Positions 1-11,983 of a stretch of 64,000 bases of DNA are shown here, one piece after another. Below the pieces are notes generated by a model. That model saw nothing but the letters and a program-made list of their open reading frames with translations. It searched no databases and had not been told where the DNA came from. The stretch comes from Dictyostelium discoideum (Eukaryota): assembly GCA_000004695.1 (NCBI GenBank), contig CM000152.2, positions 2,112,001-2,176,000 on the forward strand, in the 5' to 3' direction. Both the position numbers and the translations under genes were made by a program. Each line of letters opens with the position of its first letter. Within the stretch, counting starts at the first letter, position 1.

Positions 1-328
1 ATTACATTTTTCTTTTTCTTTTCTTTTTATAATAAAATTAATAATTTATGTATGATAGTAAATTAACAATTATTATTTTTTTAGTTTTTTTTTTTTTTAT
101 TTTTTTATTTATATTTTTTATATATATATATATATTCTATTTATATTTTATTTTTATTATTATTATTATTAATTAACTTATTATATTGGTTTTTTTTTTT
201 TTTTTTAAGCCACAACTTAACAATATTATTAAAATACAAATAAAAAGGGAATAAATGAAATAAAATATCCTGAAATAATGATGTAATCAAAAAATTTCTG
301 AAAATAAAAAATTTGAAAAAATCTCTTA

Positions 329-359
<31 letters not shown>

Positions 360-612
360 GGATTTATAATAATAAATAATTAATAGAATTGTTTTTTTAT
401 TTTAATTTAGTTTTTAATATGATAAATGTTATAAATTTAAAATAATAAAAATGTATAAATAAATAAAAAAATTGTATGATCAATTGAATTTTTTTTTTTT
501 TTTTATTTTTTTTAAAAAAAAAAAAAAAACGATGCTTTTGAGAAAAAAATATAAAAAAAAAAAAAAAAAATTGGAGTTTTTAAATAAAATTGTGCCGTTA
601 TGTCGGTAATTA

Positions 613-1065
613 AATGATTTTGTCGGCAACTTTTCACTTTTTTTTTATTTTAACGAATATTTTAACCTGAAAAAATCTTTTTTTTTGAACCTACCAATTT
701 TTTATTTTATTTTTTTTATGAAACCATTTGACAAAAATACTCTTTTTTTTTATTATTATGACTATTATATTTTTAATTTGTTTGTAATCGAATAAAATGA
801 ATATTAGCTGTGAGAGCCCAACCAAGAGCATGATAAACCTACACCTAAGAGAGAGAAGAATCTTGGTCAACTTTATGGTGATTTGGATCATAACAAGCAA
901 TTACATAATCTGGATTGGCATGTTTCATTTCACCAATGATCATAATATTGGAAGCAGCAGAGGCATCGGCAACTTTTCATTTTTTTTTTTTATTTTAACG
1001 AATATTTTATAGAAAAAATCTTTTTTTTTGAACCTACCAATTTTTTATTTTATATTTTTTTTTTA
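613..1065. repeat. Two ~95-bp direct repeats (about 622-716 and 966-1065) flanking a ~250-bp GC-richer unique segment
   Basis: The string 'tcggcaacttttca..ttttattttaacgaatatttta..aaaaaatctttttttttgaacctaccaattttttattttat' is seen twice with few mismatches. Confidence 0.7.
780..960 (-). other. Short GC-normal ORF fragment between the direct repeats, no start codon
   Basis: Minus-strand translation ..VADASAASNIMIIGEMKHANPDYVIACYDPNHHKVDQDSSLS* has protein-like composition unlike the surrounding AT-rich DNA; identity unknown. Confidence 0.25.
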
Positions 1066-1626
1066 GGAAACTACTCTTTTTTTTTTTTTTTTTTTATACC
1101 AAATTTGAGATTACAAAATTCTTTACTATTTTTTTATTTAAGTTTTATTTTTTTTTATTTTTTATTTAATTTTTATCTTTTGGGTCTTTTTTTTTTTTTT
1201 TTTTAACCCAGTAACCATATTTTTATTTTCATTAAAAATAAATAAATAAAAAAAGGGTTTAAAAAAATTCTTTTTTTTAATTTTTTTTTTTTTCATTATT
1301 ATTTTTAATTTTAAATAGATAACACTTAATATGAAATTACTAAAAAAATAGAACACCCAAAAATACACAAAATGATATAAAATATAAAAAAAATGAATGT
1401 AACCATTATTTAATGATTTTTGAATTTTTTTTTTTATTATTTTTTTTTATTAAAAAATTTATTTTTAAAATTTAATTATCCATTTTTTTTGTAATTGTTT
1501 TTTTTTTTTTTTTTTTATTTTTTTTTTTTTTATTTTGAAGAACAATGAGAATGGAATAAATTTTATATAAGAAATATATTTTTTTTGAATATTTTTATTT
1601 ATTATTTATTATTTTTTTTATTTATT

Positions 1627-1861
1627 TATAATTTTGGTGGAGTTGGTAAATAAATTGACATTTGAACACCTTTTCTTTCAAATTTACATTTTTCATAAAA
1701 TTTAACATTTGCTTCTGAACAATCTAAAATAATTTTATAGCAACCTGCTTGAGATCCAATACACTTTAATTGTTCAATTATTCTTTTTTTATTTTTTTTA
1801 TTTTTATTTTATTTTTATTTTTATATTTTAAAAAAAATAATAATTAATTAATTAATTAATC

Positions 1862-1904
<43 letters not shown>

Positions 1905-2348
1905 CAAAAAATTTATTTATAAATACCTTAAACCTAAATTTTTTCCTCTATAATTATTATTTACAACTATATCTTCAATATGACCACATTTTCCACAATT
2001 TCTTATAAATTTCTTTTCAACAAATAATGATCCACATGCAATGATTTTATTTAGTTTTACATCAACAGCAACGATTAAAAAATAGGTATCTGATTGTTTT
2101 TTAATTTGATTAAATCTTTCTATAAATTGTTCTTTTGTAAATTTTGCTTCTGTTAATTGTTGTAAACATTCTGAATATCCTTTATCAAAATCGTCGATAT
2201 CTAATGGTCTAAATGAAATACCATCGTCAACAATTGAACTCTTTTTGGTTTTTTTTTTTTTTTTTATAAAAATTATTTAAAAATAAATTAATAAATTAAT
2301 AAATTTCTATTTTAAATAAGGAGGTAAATAAAATAATAAAATTACCAT
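1627..2348 (-). CDS. gna1: Glucosamine-6-phosphate N-acetyltransferase (GNA1, GNAT family); exons 2348-2346 (ATG only), 2240-1927, 1772-1627
   Basis: Translation ..FRPLDIDDFDKGYSECLQQLTE..FLIVAVD..IIACGSLFVEKKFIRNCGKCGHIEDIVVNNNYRGKNLGLRIIEQLKCIGSQAGCYKIILDCSEANVKFYEKCKF.. carries GNA1/GNAT motifs. Donor is GTATTT and acceptor AG joins in phase. An in-frame stop upstream of exon 2 forces a one-codon first exon, ATG|GTAATT. Confidence 0.55.
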
Positions 2349-2473
2349 TTTTAAAAATAGTTTAATTAAATTATATTTGGAATTAAAAATAAAAAAAATA
2401 ATAAAAAAATTTATTTTTGTATTTTTTTTGATTTTTATGAAAATATTAAAAAAAAAAATTAAAAAAAAATTAA

Positions 2474-2511
<38 letters not shown>

Positions 2512-2834
2512 AAAATAAAAAAAAATAAAAAAATAAACACACTAGTGTTGGCAAATAATCATTTAAAATTAATTTTTTCAATAAATATATATATAAATTT
2601 ATATATAAATTAAATAGTAAATGAGTGTTGGTATTCCTTAAATGGTAAATATTTATTTATAAAATTTTGAAATTTTCACTTTTTTTTTTTTTTTTTAATT
2701 TTTTTTTTTTTTTAAAAAAAATTTTTATTTTTTCTTTTTTTTCAAAATAACAAAAAAAAAAAATAAATAAATAAACAAATAATAATAATTAAAAAAGATA
2801 TTACATGTATATATAGTTTTTAAAAAACGACAAT

Positions 2835-2873
<39 letters not shown>

Positions 2874-2896
2874 ATAAATACATACATATATATAAA

Positions 2897-3170
2897 ATGT
2901 ATTTTACATTTGGATGGCCAAAAATTTATTCGAGTGAAGTTTGTGAACAATTTATAGATGTTTCACATAATTCAGATAATACATTAATAGCATTCATTGG
3001 TATAACAACATTATCATTATGGTCAGGTGAACAACATAGGGTTCAACTTGGTTATATCTCACGATCTGATGATTCGATCAATAAATTTGGTAAAAATGAA
3101 AAATTATGTTGGTCACCCGATTCTTCATCAATTGCAATTGTTGTAAGTTAATTAAAAATTTTTTTTTTAA

Positions 3171-3206
<36 letters not shown>

Positions 3207-3429
3207 ATTTTATATTAATAAATTAATAAATAAAAAAAAAAAAAGACATCACTAGGATATATTATAGTTTATAGAATTGAAAAAGAAGGTATAGATATTT
3301 TAAATTTTAAATATTATAAAGATCATCACTCATCATATCTTCAACATGATATTACGAAATATTATATTAAATTTTCATCATCATTTAGACCTTCATCATT
3401 GGGTACATTATGGTAAATATATATCAATT

Positions 3430-3472
<43 letters not shown>

Positions 3473-4027
3473 TTAACCCTTAAAGAGAATAAAATTTTTT
3501 TTATTTTTTAAAATAAATAATAATAATAATAATATTATTAAAAAGTATAACATCAAATAATGAATATATTTATATATTTACAAAAGAAGGATATTTAGTT
3601 AAATCATCATGGACAGGTGAATTAATTAGTCAATTTTCATTAGATATTGTACCATTTGATGGATTAAATGATAAAAACGATACAAATAGTGGTAGTATAC
3701 CGAGTAGTTCACCATTAGTAGTTTCAAGTGTATTTTATAATCCAATATTCTCAATATTTGGTTAAATATTTGAAAATGGTTCAAGTGCAATTTTAAAAAA
3801 GAAATCAAAAGATAAATTAAGAGGTTATTGGTTATCAAAAGAAAATTCAGTTTCAATATCATTAAATTTAAAACATAGATAAGCTGCTGTTGGTTTGAAA
3901 AAGTAAAAAAAAAAAAAAAAAAAAAATAATATTTTTGTTTTAGTTTGTTTTAGTTTTAGTTTTAGTTTTAGTTTTAGTTTTAGTTTTAGTTTTTTTTTTT
4001 TTTTTTTTTTTTAAAAACCTTAAAATT

Positions 4028-4082
<55 letters not shown>

Positions 4083-4400
4083 ATATATTAATTTTTAGTG
4101 GTGATGTATTAATTTATAAATTACCAGGACCAATAATTAAACCAAAAGGATTTCAAGGTGATATTAAAGAATTAGAGAATCAAATGAATTCATGTCAATA
4201 TTTAAGAACATTTTCATTATTACAATTTAGAGAGATAACACCAGAAGCAATTGGACCAGTATCAACAATGAGGTGGAATCATGATGATAATTGTTTAGCA
4301 GTTGGTTGGAAGAATAGAGGATTTTGTGTTTGGTCAGTTTATGGTTGTAAATATAACTTGTACAATACCACAAATGAGTAATGATGGTAATAATAATATC

Positions 4401-4465
<65 letters not shown>

Positions 4466-5449
4466 TAATAATAAATATTTAGAACCATGTAGAGATGGTG
4501 TTTTATCATTTAGTTGGGGATTAGAATCATATCATTTAATTTTATTATCAAATGATAATGATGATGGTGAATTTTTTCAATTTACATTTTTAAAAGCATC
4601 ATTAGCATCGAATCCAACATTAAATTATTCTGAGCGTATTATACTTCAAACAGAGGATAGATTAATGTTATTAAATTATAAAGGTAAAGAATTGGGTGAT
4701 ATTCGTTGGAAACATCTTCAAATTCCATCAGCATATTTAAATGATAATTGGCCAATTCGACATATAGCATTATCACGTGATAGAAATCAATATGCAGTTG
4801 CAGGTAAACGAGGTATCATTTTATATAATCAATTAAGTAAACGTTGGAAAATGTTTGGTGATAGAAATCAAGAGCAAGAAATTCAAAGTCTTTCATTGGC
4901 ATGGTATAAAAATGTGGTAATCGTTGCAAACTATTCCATTGAAACCACTAAAAAACATCAATTTCTATTCTTTCCAAAACAACATCTTGATAATTCCTCA
5001 TTATTATACTCTTATCAAATACCTCAAAACCATACACCACAACTATTAGATTGTAATGATATTCATTTAGTATTATTCACTCAAGAATCTTTCTTTTATT
5101 TATTTAGAGTTTTAGAACGTAATCAAAAAATTGAATTACATTTAGTTCATACATTATCAATGGCTGTACCATCAATACCTTTATCAATTTCATTATTACC
5201 ACCAATTCAAGTTTTATTAAATAATAATATTAATAATAATAGTAATAATAATATTAATAATAATATTATTAATAATAATATTATTAATAATAATATTATT
5301 ATTAATAATAATAATCAATCAAAATCATCTTTTATTTCTTCACCAATTAAATTAAATAGAAATAATAATACTAATACTAATAATAGTAATAATAATATAA
5401 CAAATAGTCCATCTTCTCAACAACAATTACAACAATTACAACAACAATT

Positions 5450-5535
<86 letters not shown>

Positions 5536-6521
5536 TACAACAACAACAATTACAACAACAAAAACAATTAGCATATTGTTTAATATTATATTCAAATGGT
5601 AGATTATGTTTAATAAATGCAGAGAATTCAATACAATGTGAATTATCAAATAATATTGAACAATATTGGTTTACAAATATTTATAGAGATAATGAATTAA
5701 TTGGTAATACATTATGGGCATATGGTAATTCAGGTATACAAGTTTGGTTTCCATTTTCATCGGAAGAAATTTTATCAAATAAAAATTTCAATCATAATAA
5801 ATCATTAAGTTTTAATAATGAAGTTTATCCAATTGGTTTTTTAAATGAATTGGGTGTAATTGTTGGATTAAGTCAAGGTATAAGTTATTCATCATGTTCA
5901 GTTTATCCAAATTATGAAATTCATATTAAAACTCATCCATTCCTTCATTCAATTTTAAAACATTTACTAGAGAGAGGTGGTGCTGAAAAAGCTTGGAATC
6001 TATCAAGTAAATTCTATACAATTCCTCATTTCACTCATTCTCTAGAGTTGTTACTTCATGAATTCATCTCTGAAACCGATGATTTAAAGAAACAATTTAA
6101 AATTAAATCACAATCAACCGGTCAATTAAGTCCTGCAGGTTTAAAATTAGAATATGTTATAAACTTTTTAAAGAAATTTCCACAATTTCCAGAGGTTGCA
6201 ATGCGTGCTACAAGAAAAATTGATGCTTCACTTTGGAGAGGTCTATATACAATCATTGGTGATCCTTTTATACTCTATCAAAAATGTTTATCAAATGGTA
6301 AAATTGAAATTGCTGCATCCTATTTAAAAATATTACAACATTTAAATACAAATTCAAATACTTCATTTCAAGATGATATTAGTAGAAAATGTGCAATTGA
6401 ATTATTAGAAATTTCTTTAGATTTTGATAATATTGATTTAGTTGGTGATTTAATTAGATTTTTACATACTTCTGATGAAGATAATGCAACAACTCCAAAA
6501 TTAAATAATAATAATAATTCA

Positions 6522-6552
<31 letters not shown>

Positions 6553-7025
6553 GTTATTATAATGATAATAATAATAATTTAAAAGATAATAATAAACCAA
6601 TTAAACCAACAATTTCAAAAGAATCAAAATTATTTTATAAACAATTAGATTTAATTTTATCAACTTATGCAAATAAATTATTAAAGAATAAACTATTAAG
6701 AAATTTTTTATTATTTTCAAGAAAAACACTTTGTGATGATTTATCAAATTGGTTAATCACTAAAAAGAGATCAACAATTCTTAGAACAGTTGAAGATTTA
6801 GATATGGCATTAAATTCAATTCATGTTCAATTTTATATAAATTTACCAATTGAACCAATTAATCCACCATTTTCATCACAAAGTTTATTAATGGTTTTCT
6901 CACCACAATCAAATGGTTTAGTTGGTAGTACAAGTAATACTGATTTTAATAATTTAAAACAATCTTTATCAATTGATTCTGAATTAGAAAATTTAAATAT
7001 TGATAATATTATTAATAATAATAAT

Positions 7026-7070
<45 letters not shown>

Positions 7071-7637
7071 CAATCATTACCATTATCAATATCACAAGAA
7101 CAACAAATGATTCAAAATTTATCACAATCACCACCAACAATGGTAACAAAGGATGAAATGATTGAATCACTTAAATCAAGAATTAATAATACACCATCAA
7201 AAGATCATCATGTTTCAAGTAATAGTAATGTTGTTAGTAGCGGTGGTGGTGGTGGTGGTGGCGGTAATGGTGGAGTTGTTAATTCTAGTAGTCAATATAA
7301 TTTTAGATCTCATCAATTTATGATTGCACCAACAACTTCAAATGAATATAGCGATCCATTCTTTTTAAAAGAATCAATTGAATCATCAATGGATGATCTT
7401 TATTATTTATTACAAGAATTAACAAATGCAAATTGTTATGAATGGGTATTGGTAATTGCTACAGTTTTATTAAATCCAGTTTTAATCTCAAAAACTTTAA
7501 AAAAAATACCAGATATTTATGAAAACTATTGTAAAATGTTATCACTTCAAAAACCAATTGGATATAATCAATTATTAAAATTTATTGAAGATTCAGTTTA
7601 TCCATTATTACAACAAAAATATTTAGATAAAAAATAA
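2897..7637 (+). CDS. RIC1 homolog (RAB6 GEF complex partner). Exons about 2897-3142, 3246-3412, 3546-?, 4099-?, then a main exon ending 7637; internal structure unresolved
   Basis: N-terminus MYFTFGWPK.. and the long ORF (..DGVLSFSWGLESYHLILL.., ..NWPIRHIALSRDRNQYAVAGKRGIILYN.., WD-like repeats) resemble RIC1. GTAAGT and GTAAAT donors are present. The gene contains (CAA)30 and poly-N tracts. Confidence 0.55.
5450..5533 (+). repeat. (CAA)n microsatellite, about 28 units, encoding poly-Gln inside RIC1
   Basis: Pure caa repeats read directly. Confidence 0.9.
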
Positions 7638-7959
7638 TTTTTTGGAAAATATTATTTTAAAAAATTTAATTATTTCAAAATCCAATACCAAAGAATTTTC
7701 CAAAATTTATATAAACGATCAAATTTTAATAAATAAATAAAAAAAAAAAAAGAAAATTATTAAAATAATAATAATAATAATAATGATTAAAAAAAAAAAA
7801 AAATTGTCTATTTAAATTTTTATTTATTTATTTTATTTTTATTTATTTTATAATATGTTTGTGAGTCACCAATCCAATAACTTTTTTTAGGACGTGTTTA
7901 TTGTTATTTATAACTTAATTTTTTAAAATTATAAAAAAAAAAAATAAAAAAAAAAATTG

Positions 7960-7999
<40 letters not shown>

Positions 8000-8058
8000 T
8001 TACTTAGTTTCATTTTCACATTTGCTGTTAATATATTTTAATAACCTATATATACATA

Positions 8059-8154
8059 ATGATAATGCTTTCTTTTATGGGATTTTTACAATCTTGTTTA
8101 TTGATTGTAAATTCCTTTGCAATCTTAAATGAAAGATTTTTAAATAAAAGTAAG

Positions 8155-8185
<31 letters not shown>

Positions 8186-8481
8186 GTTATTATTATTTAA
8201 AATTCATCTAACTTATTATTCTTATTATTATCATTATCATTATCTATTATAAAGTTGGTTGGGGTGTAAAAAGTGATTTAGATATGAACTCATTTAAAGG
8301 GAAAATAATAACATTATTACATAGTTTAAGATTCTTTTTTAGAAGTATGTTCTCAAATATTTAATAATAGTAATAAAAAATATTTATTTAATCTAACTTA
8401 CTTTTTTACGTAACCAAATATATAGTTCCTTTAGCTTTAGTTAATGCGGTTGTAATCGTTTTCCTTTTAATCTTTGGTTAA
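8059..8481 (+). CDS. Yos1 / IER3IP1 small ER-Golgi membrane protein; exons 8059-8149, 8255-8344, 8426-8481
   Basis: MIMLSFMGFLQSCLLIVNSFAILNERFLNK | IGWGVKSDLDMNSFKGKIITLLHSLRFFFR | IPLALVNAVVIVFLLIFG* matches the IER3IP1 pattern (..LLCVNAIAVLHEERFL..IGWG.....VPLIIVNSIAIVLLLLFG). Donors are GTAAGT and GTATGT; the three exons join in phase 1-1. Confidence 0.6.
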
Positions 8482-8793
8482 ACGATTATTTTTTTATAAT
8501 ATATATTTTATTTTTTTTTTTTATTTTTTTTTTATTTTTTTATTTATTTTTTTTTTTTGGGAAATAAACACTATAAAAAAAAAGAAAAAAAAAAAAAAAA
8601 AAAAAAAAGAAGATATAAAAAAAAAGAAAAAGAATCAGATTCAAACAAACAAAAAAAAAAAAAATTTCCTTTTTTAAAAATAAAATGTAACATAATATAG
8701 AAATTTCTTCAAAACAAACTTTTTTATTTTTATTTTTTTTAATTTATTTTTTTTAATTATTTTTATTTTTTTTTTTATTTTTTTTTATGTAAA

Positions 8794-8824
<31 letters not shown>

Positions 8825-8887
8825 TATTTTTTCATTAATAATAATACATATAAATATATATATATAAAAAAAAAAGAAGAAAAAAAA

Positions 8888-9862
8888 ATGGGTGAACGTA
8901 AAGTTATTTCAAAATATTATCCACCAGATTTTGATCCAAGTAAAGTTGCAAAGATTAAAGTTAAAAGACCAACATTTACAAAAGTAACAACAATGTTACC
9001 AATGAGTATAAGATGTAATACATGTGGTGAATATATTGGTAGAGGTACAAAATTTAATGCAAAAAAAGAGACAGTTCAAAATGAAGATTATTTAGGTATT
9101 AAAATTTATAGATTCTTTTTACGTTGTAAAAAGTGTGCAGCAGAATTAACAATTAAAACCGATCCAAAGAATTCTGAATATGTTTGTGAATCTGGTGCAA
9201 CTAGAAACTATGAACCTTGGAAAGAAACAGATGAAGAGAAATCAAATAGAATGACAAAAGAACAAGAGGAAGAACAAGATGCAATGATTGCTCTTGAAAA
9301 TAGAACTTTAGAATCAAAACGTGAAATGGAAATGCTGGATGCCCTTGAAGAAATTAAATCTTTAAATTCTAGAAATTCTGAAATTGATACTGAACAATTA
9401 TTAGAATATAATTTACAAAAACAAGAACTTGAAGAAAAATTACAAGATGAAGAGGATGATCTTTTAGTAAAATCAATTTTTAATAATAAAAATAAATTAG
9501 AATTAAATCAAATTAATGATAATAATAGTATTAATAATAATATTGACTCTAATAAAATTAAAAGAATTGAAAATGATGATGATGATGGTGATAAATTTAA
9601 TAGTTTATTTTCAAATAATAATAAAAATAATAAAAATATTATCAATAATAATAATAATAATAATAATAATATTAATACAACCTCAATATCCAATACAATC
9701 GAAACAACACCAACAACGAATCAAAAAACATCAATTTTAGGTAATAAAGTTAAAGTAGTAATAAATAAACAAGAGGAACCAATACCGAAAAATAATAATA
9801 ATAGTGAGCCAAATTCATTTTCATCTTTTATGTCGGCTTATAGTGACGACGAAGAAGATTGA
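8888..9862 (+). CDS. Splicing factor YJU2 / CWC16 (CCDC94-like), single exon, 324 aa
   Basis: MGERKVISKYYPPDFDPSK..CNTCGEYIGRGTKFNAKKE..YLGIKIYRFFLRCKKCAAELTIKTDPKNSEYVCESGATRNYEPW is the conserved N-terminal YJU2/DUF572 zinc-binding region, followed by an acidic coiled-coil tail. Confidence 0.8.
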   Translation: MGERKVISKYYPPDFDPSKVAKIKVKRPTFTKVTTMLPMSIRCNTCGEYIGRGTKFNAKKETVQNEDYLGIKIYRFFLRCKKCAAELTIKTDPKNSEYVCESGATRNYEPWKETDEEKSNRMTKEQEEEQDAMIALENRTLESKREMEMLDALEEIKSLNSRNSEIDTEQLLEYNLQKQELEEKLQDEEDDLLVKSIFNNKNKLELNQINDNNSINNNIDSNKIKRIENDDDDGDKFNSLFSNNNKNNKNIINNNNNNNNNINTTSISNTIETTPTTNQKTSILGNKVKVVINKQEEPIPKNNNNSEPNSFSSFMSAYSDDEED

Positions 9863-9957
9863 TATGATAAAAAAAAAAATGAATAATAAAATTGTAATAA
9901 TATTATTTATTTAATTATATGATATAATATAATTGAATAAATAATTTATATTTCTTC

Positions 9958-9982
9958 TCCCAAACACACACCCACACCCCGC
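9958..9982. promoter_or_regulatory. CA-rich element (cccaaacacacacccacaccccgc) in the 3' flank of YJU2
   Basis: A C/A-rich island in otherwise AT-rich DNA. It resembles the Dictyostelium CAE/G-box (GBF-type) motif. Confidence 0.3.
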
Positions 9983-10140
9983 TATCGCAATTTTTTTTTA
10001 TTTTTTTTTTTTTTATATTTTATTTTTCAATAATCGTATCAATGTAATAATAATTAATCATTTATCGAAAGTAAACTTTTTATAATAATTCTTTAATTAA
10101 TTATTTGTGTTTTTATTTTATTTAAATTATTTTTTTTTTT

Positions 10141-10176
<36 letters not shown>

Positions 10177-10376
10177 TTTTTTTTTTTTTTGTTTTCTTTC
10201 ACACCATTTCCAAATTTGTAATAATTGATTAATTCATATTCATTGTAAAAATAAATTATTAAAAAAGTGATTTTTTGTAAAAAACATTTATTTTGAAAAA
10301 AAAAAAAAAAAAAAAAATATAATTAAACACTTCAAATAAATATCATCAAATTATAATAATTTTTTATTACTACAAT

Positions 10377-10434
<58 letters not shown>

Positions 10435-10584
10435 CTATTTTATTTTTTTTATTTTTAAAAAACTAATTTTTTTCAAAAATAAAATAAAATAAAATAAAAA
10501 AAATAAAATAAAATAAATAAAAAAAATAAAATAAAATAAAATAAAAAAAAGATAAAATAAAATAACAATAAACTTTTTTAAAAA

Positions 10585-11047
10585 ATGAATTTATCACAAG
10601 AACATGCAATAAACCAAAATTTACATAAAAATCAAAAAAATGAAGAAAAGATAGAAAAAAAAACAATTAACAAAGATGGTAGAGGTCAAATGAATTATGA
10701 TGGTGAAGAAGGACAAGGAGAAAAATCAAGATTCCAAAAAATGGTTGAAAATGAAAAAATTGAAGAACCACAACAAAAAGATGAAAATATTCCAAATACA
10801 GATGTAATAGAAAGAAAAGAAGTTGGTGTAATTGAAAGAATAAATAGTGAAGATGTACCAATTTTAATGACAGATAATGCTACAGATTATAAAGTTTTAC
10901 AACACAATCTTAAAAAAGGTAAAGTTTCAAAGAAAAGTAAAGAACAAATTGAACAAATCTCTAAACAAGAAGAAAATGATATGTTGGAATATTTAAAAAA
11001 TTATAAATCAAATGAAGAATTTACAATTCAATTAGAAGATTTATTAA
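10585..11047 (+). CDS. KE-rich low-complexity ORF; possible first exon of the EF-hand/PLD gene (the donor 'gttttg' at 11048 joins in phase 1)
   Basis: The ORF ends ..SKEQIEQISKQEENDMLEYLKNYKSNEEFTIQLEDLL, which looks like the N-terminal helix of a calcineurin-B/CHP-type EF-hand domain. A phase-1 donor matches the phase of the next exon. Confidence 0.35.
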
Positions 11048-11067
11048 GTTTTGAAACTTATTGTTTG

Positions 11068-11104
<37 letters not shown>

Positions 11105-11188
11105 TTTTTAAAATACTAATTTAATTTTTATTTATTTATTTTATTTATTTTATTTATTTTCTTAAATAATAATAATAATAAAAAAAAG

Positions 11189-11432
11189 TTTCAAGAGATG
11201 AATTACATTTATTATATAGAGAATTTAAAACAATTTCAAAAAGTGGTATGTTTATGTCAAAAGAGGATTTTATAAGTAAATTAACACCATTCTCAAGAAA
11301 TGCTGATTTAACAATTTCATTAATGAATGCAATTGATCGTAATGGTGATCAAAAAATTGCATTTCCAGAATTTGTTCAAGCATTATCAATAATGTGTAGA
11401 GGTACTAAAAAAGAAAGATTAAGATGTAAGTG

Positions 11433-11472
<40 letters not shown>

Positions 11473-11879
11473 TAATTAATAATTTTTTATTTAATAATTA
11501 TTAATAAAATTATTTTTTTATTTTTTTTATTATTATTTTAATTTAATTTTTATTTTTTTAAAAAAAAGTTACATTTGAAATTTGTGATTTTAATGGTGAT
11601 TCATTAGTATCAAGAGATGAAGTTTATTCAACAGTTAAAGCAATTTCTGATATTTTTTCAAAGTTTGGATATTCAAAAGATAAATTTGGTGATCCATCAG
11701 AAGCTGTAGATTCAATATTTTCAAGTGGTTTAACAACTAATGGTATTTATTTACATAATAAAAAAGAATTAACATTAAATGAATTTTTAGAAAGAGGTGA
11801 ATTAAATCCTGATTTATCAAAATGTTTTGGAATGTTTGATTATTTTTATTTAAAATTTATTGGTCAAATTGATTTATTA
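11189..11879 (+). CDS. EF-hand pair (calcineurin-B/CHP-like), exons 11189-11425 and 11569-11879. Neither exon has a start or stop codon, and both are in phase with flanking exons
   Basis: ..SRDELHLLYREFKTISKSGMFMSKEDFISKL..NAIDRNGDQKIAFPEFVQAL.. contains EF-loop DRNGDQKIAFPE, and ..FEICDFNGDSLVSRDEVYSTVKAISDIF.. contains EF-loop DFNGDSLVSRDE. The donor GTAAGT at 11426 is phase 1, the acceptor AG at 11568, and the donor GTAAAT at 11880 is phase 0. Confidence 0.6.
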
Positions 11880-11983
11880 GTAAATATTATTTTAAAAAAA
11901 AAAACTTTTTTTTATAAAAAAAAAAAAAAAAAAAAATAATAATTAATTTATTAATACTAATTTATCAATTTTTTTTTTTAAAG

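Noticed and set aside
2307-2613. ORF-track ORFs made of F/K/I/L runs (2307-2540 -, 2377-2613 +). Similar ORFs lie at 691-1012, 1162-1368, 8474-8677, 19826-20086, 29687-29893, 35337-35590, 37386-37610, 47190-47381, 48613-49000 and 58701-58901
   Set aside because: They are translations of poly(A)/poly(T)-rich intergenic or intronic DNA with no composition typical of real Dictyostelium proteins. Many of them start at TTG
5377-5649. Antisense or mirror ORFs inside coding microsatellites: 5377-5649, 9508-9740, 31822-32098, 33033-33830, 36069-36851, 49224-49448, 55706-56242, 57185-57523 and 57990-58299
   Set aside because: Poly-V/I/L/Y/K strings arise by reading the CAA, AAT and ACC repeats of real genes in other frames or on the other strand
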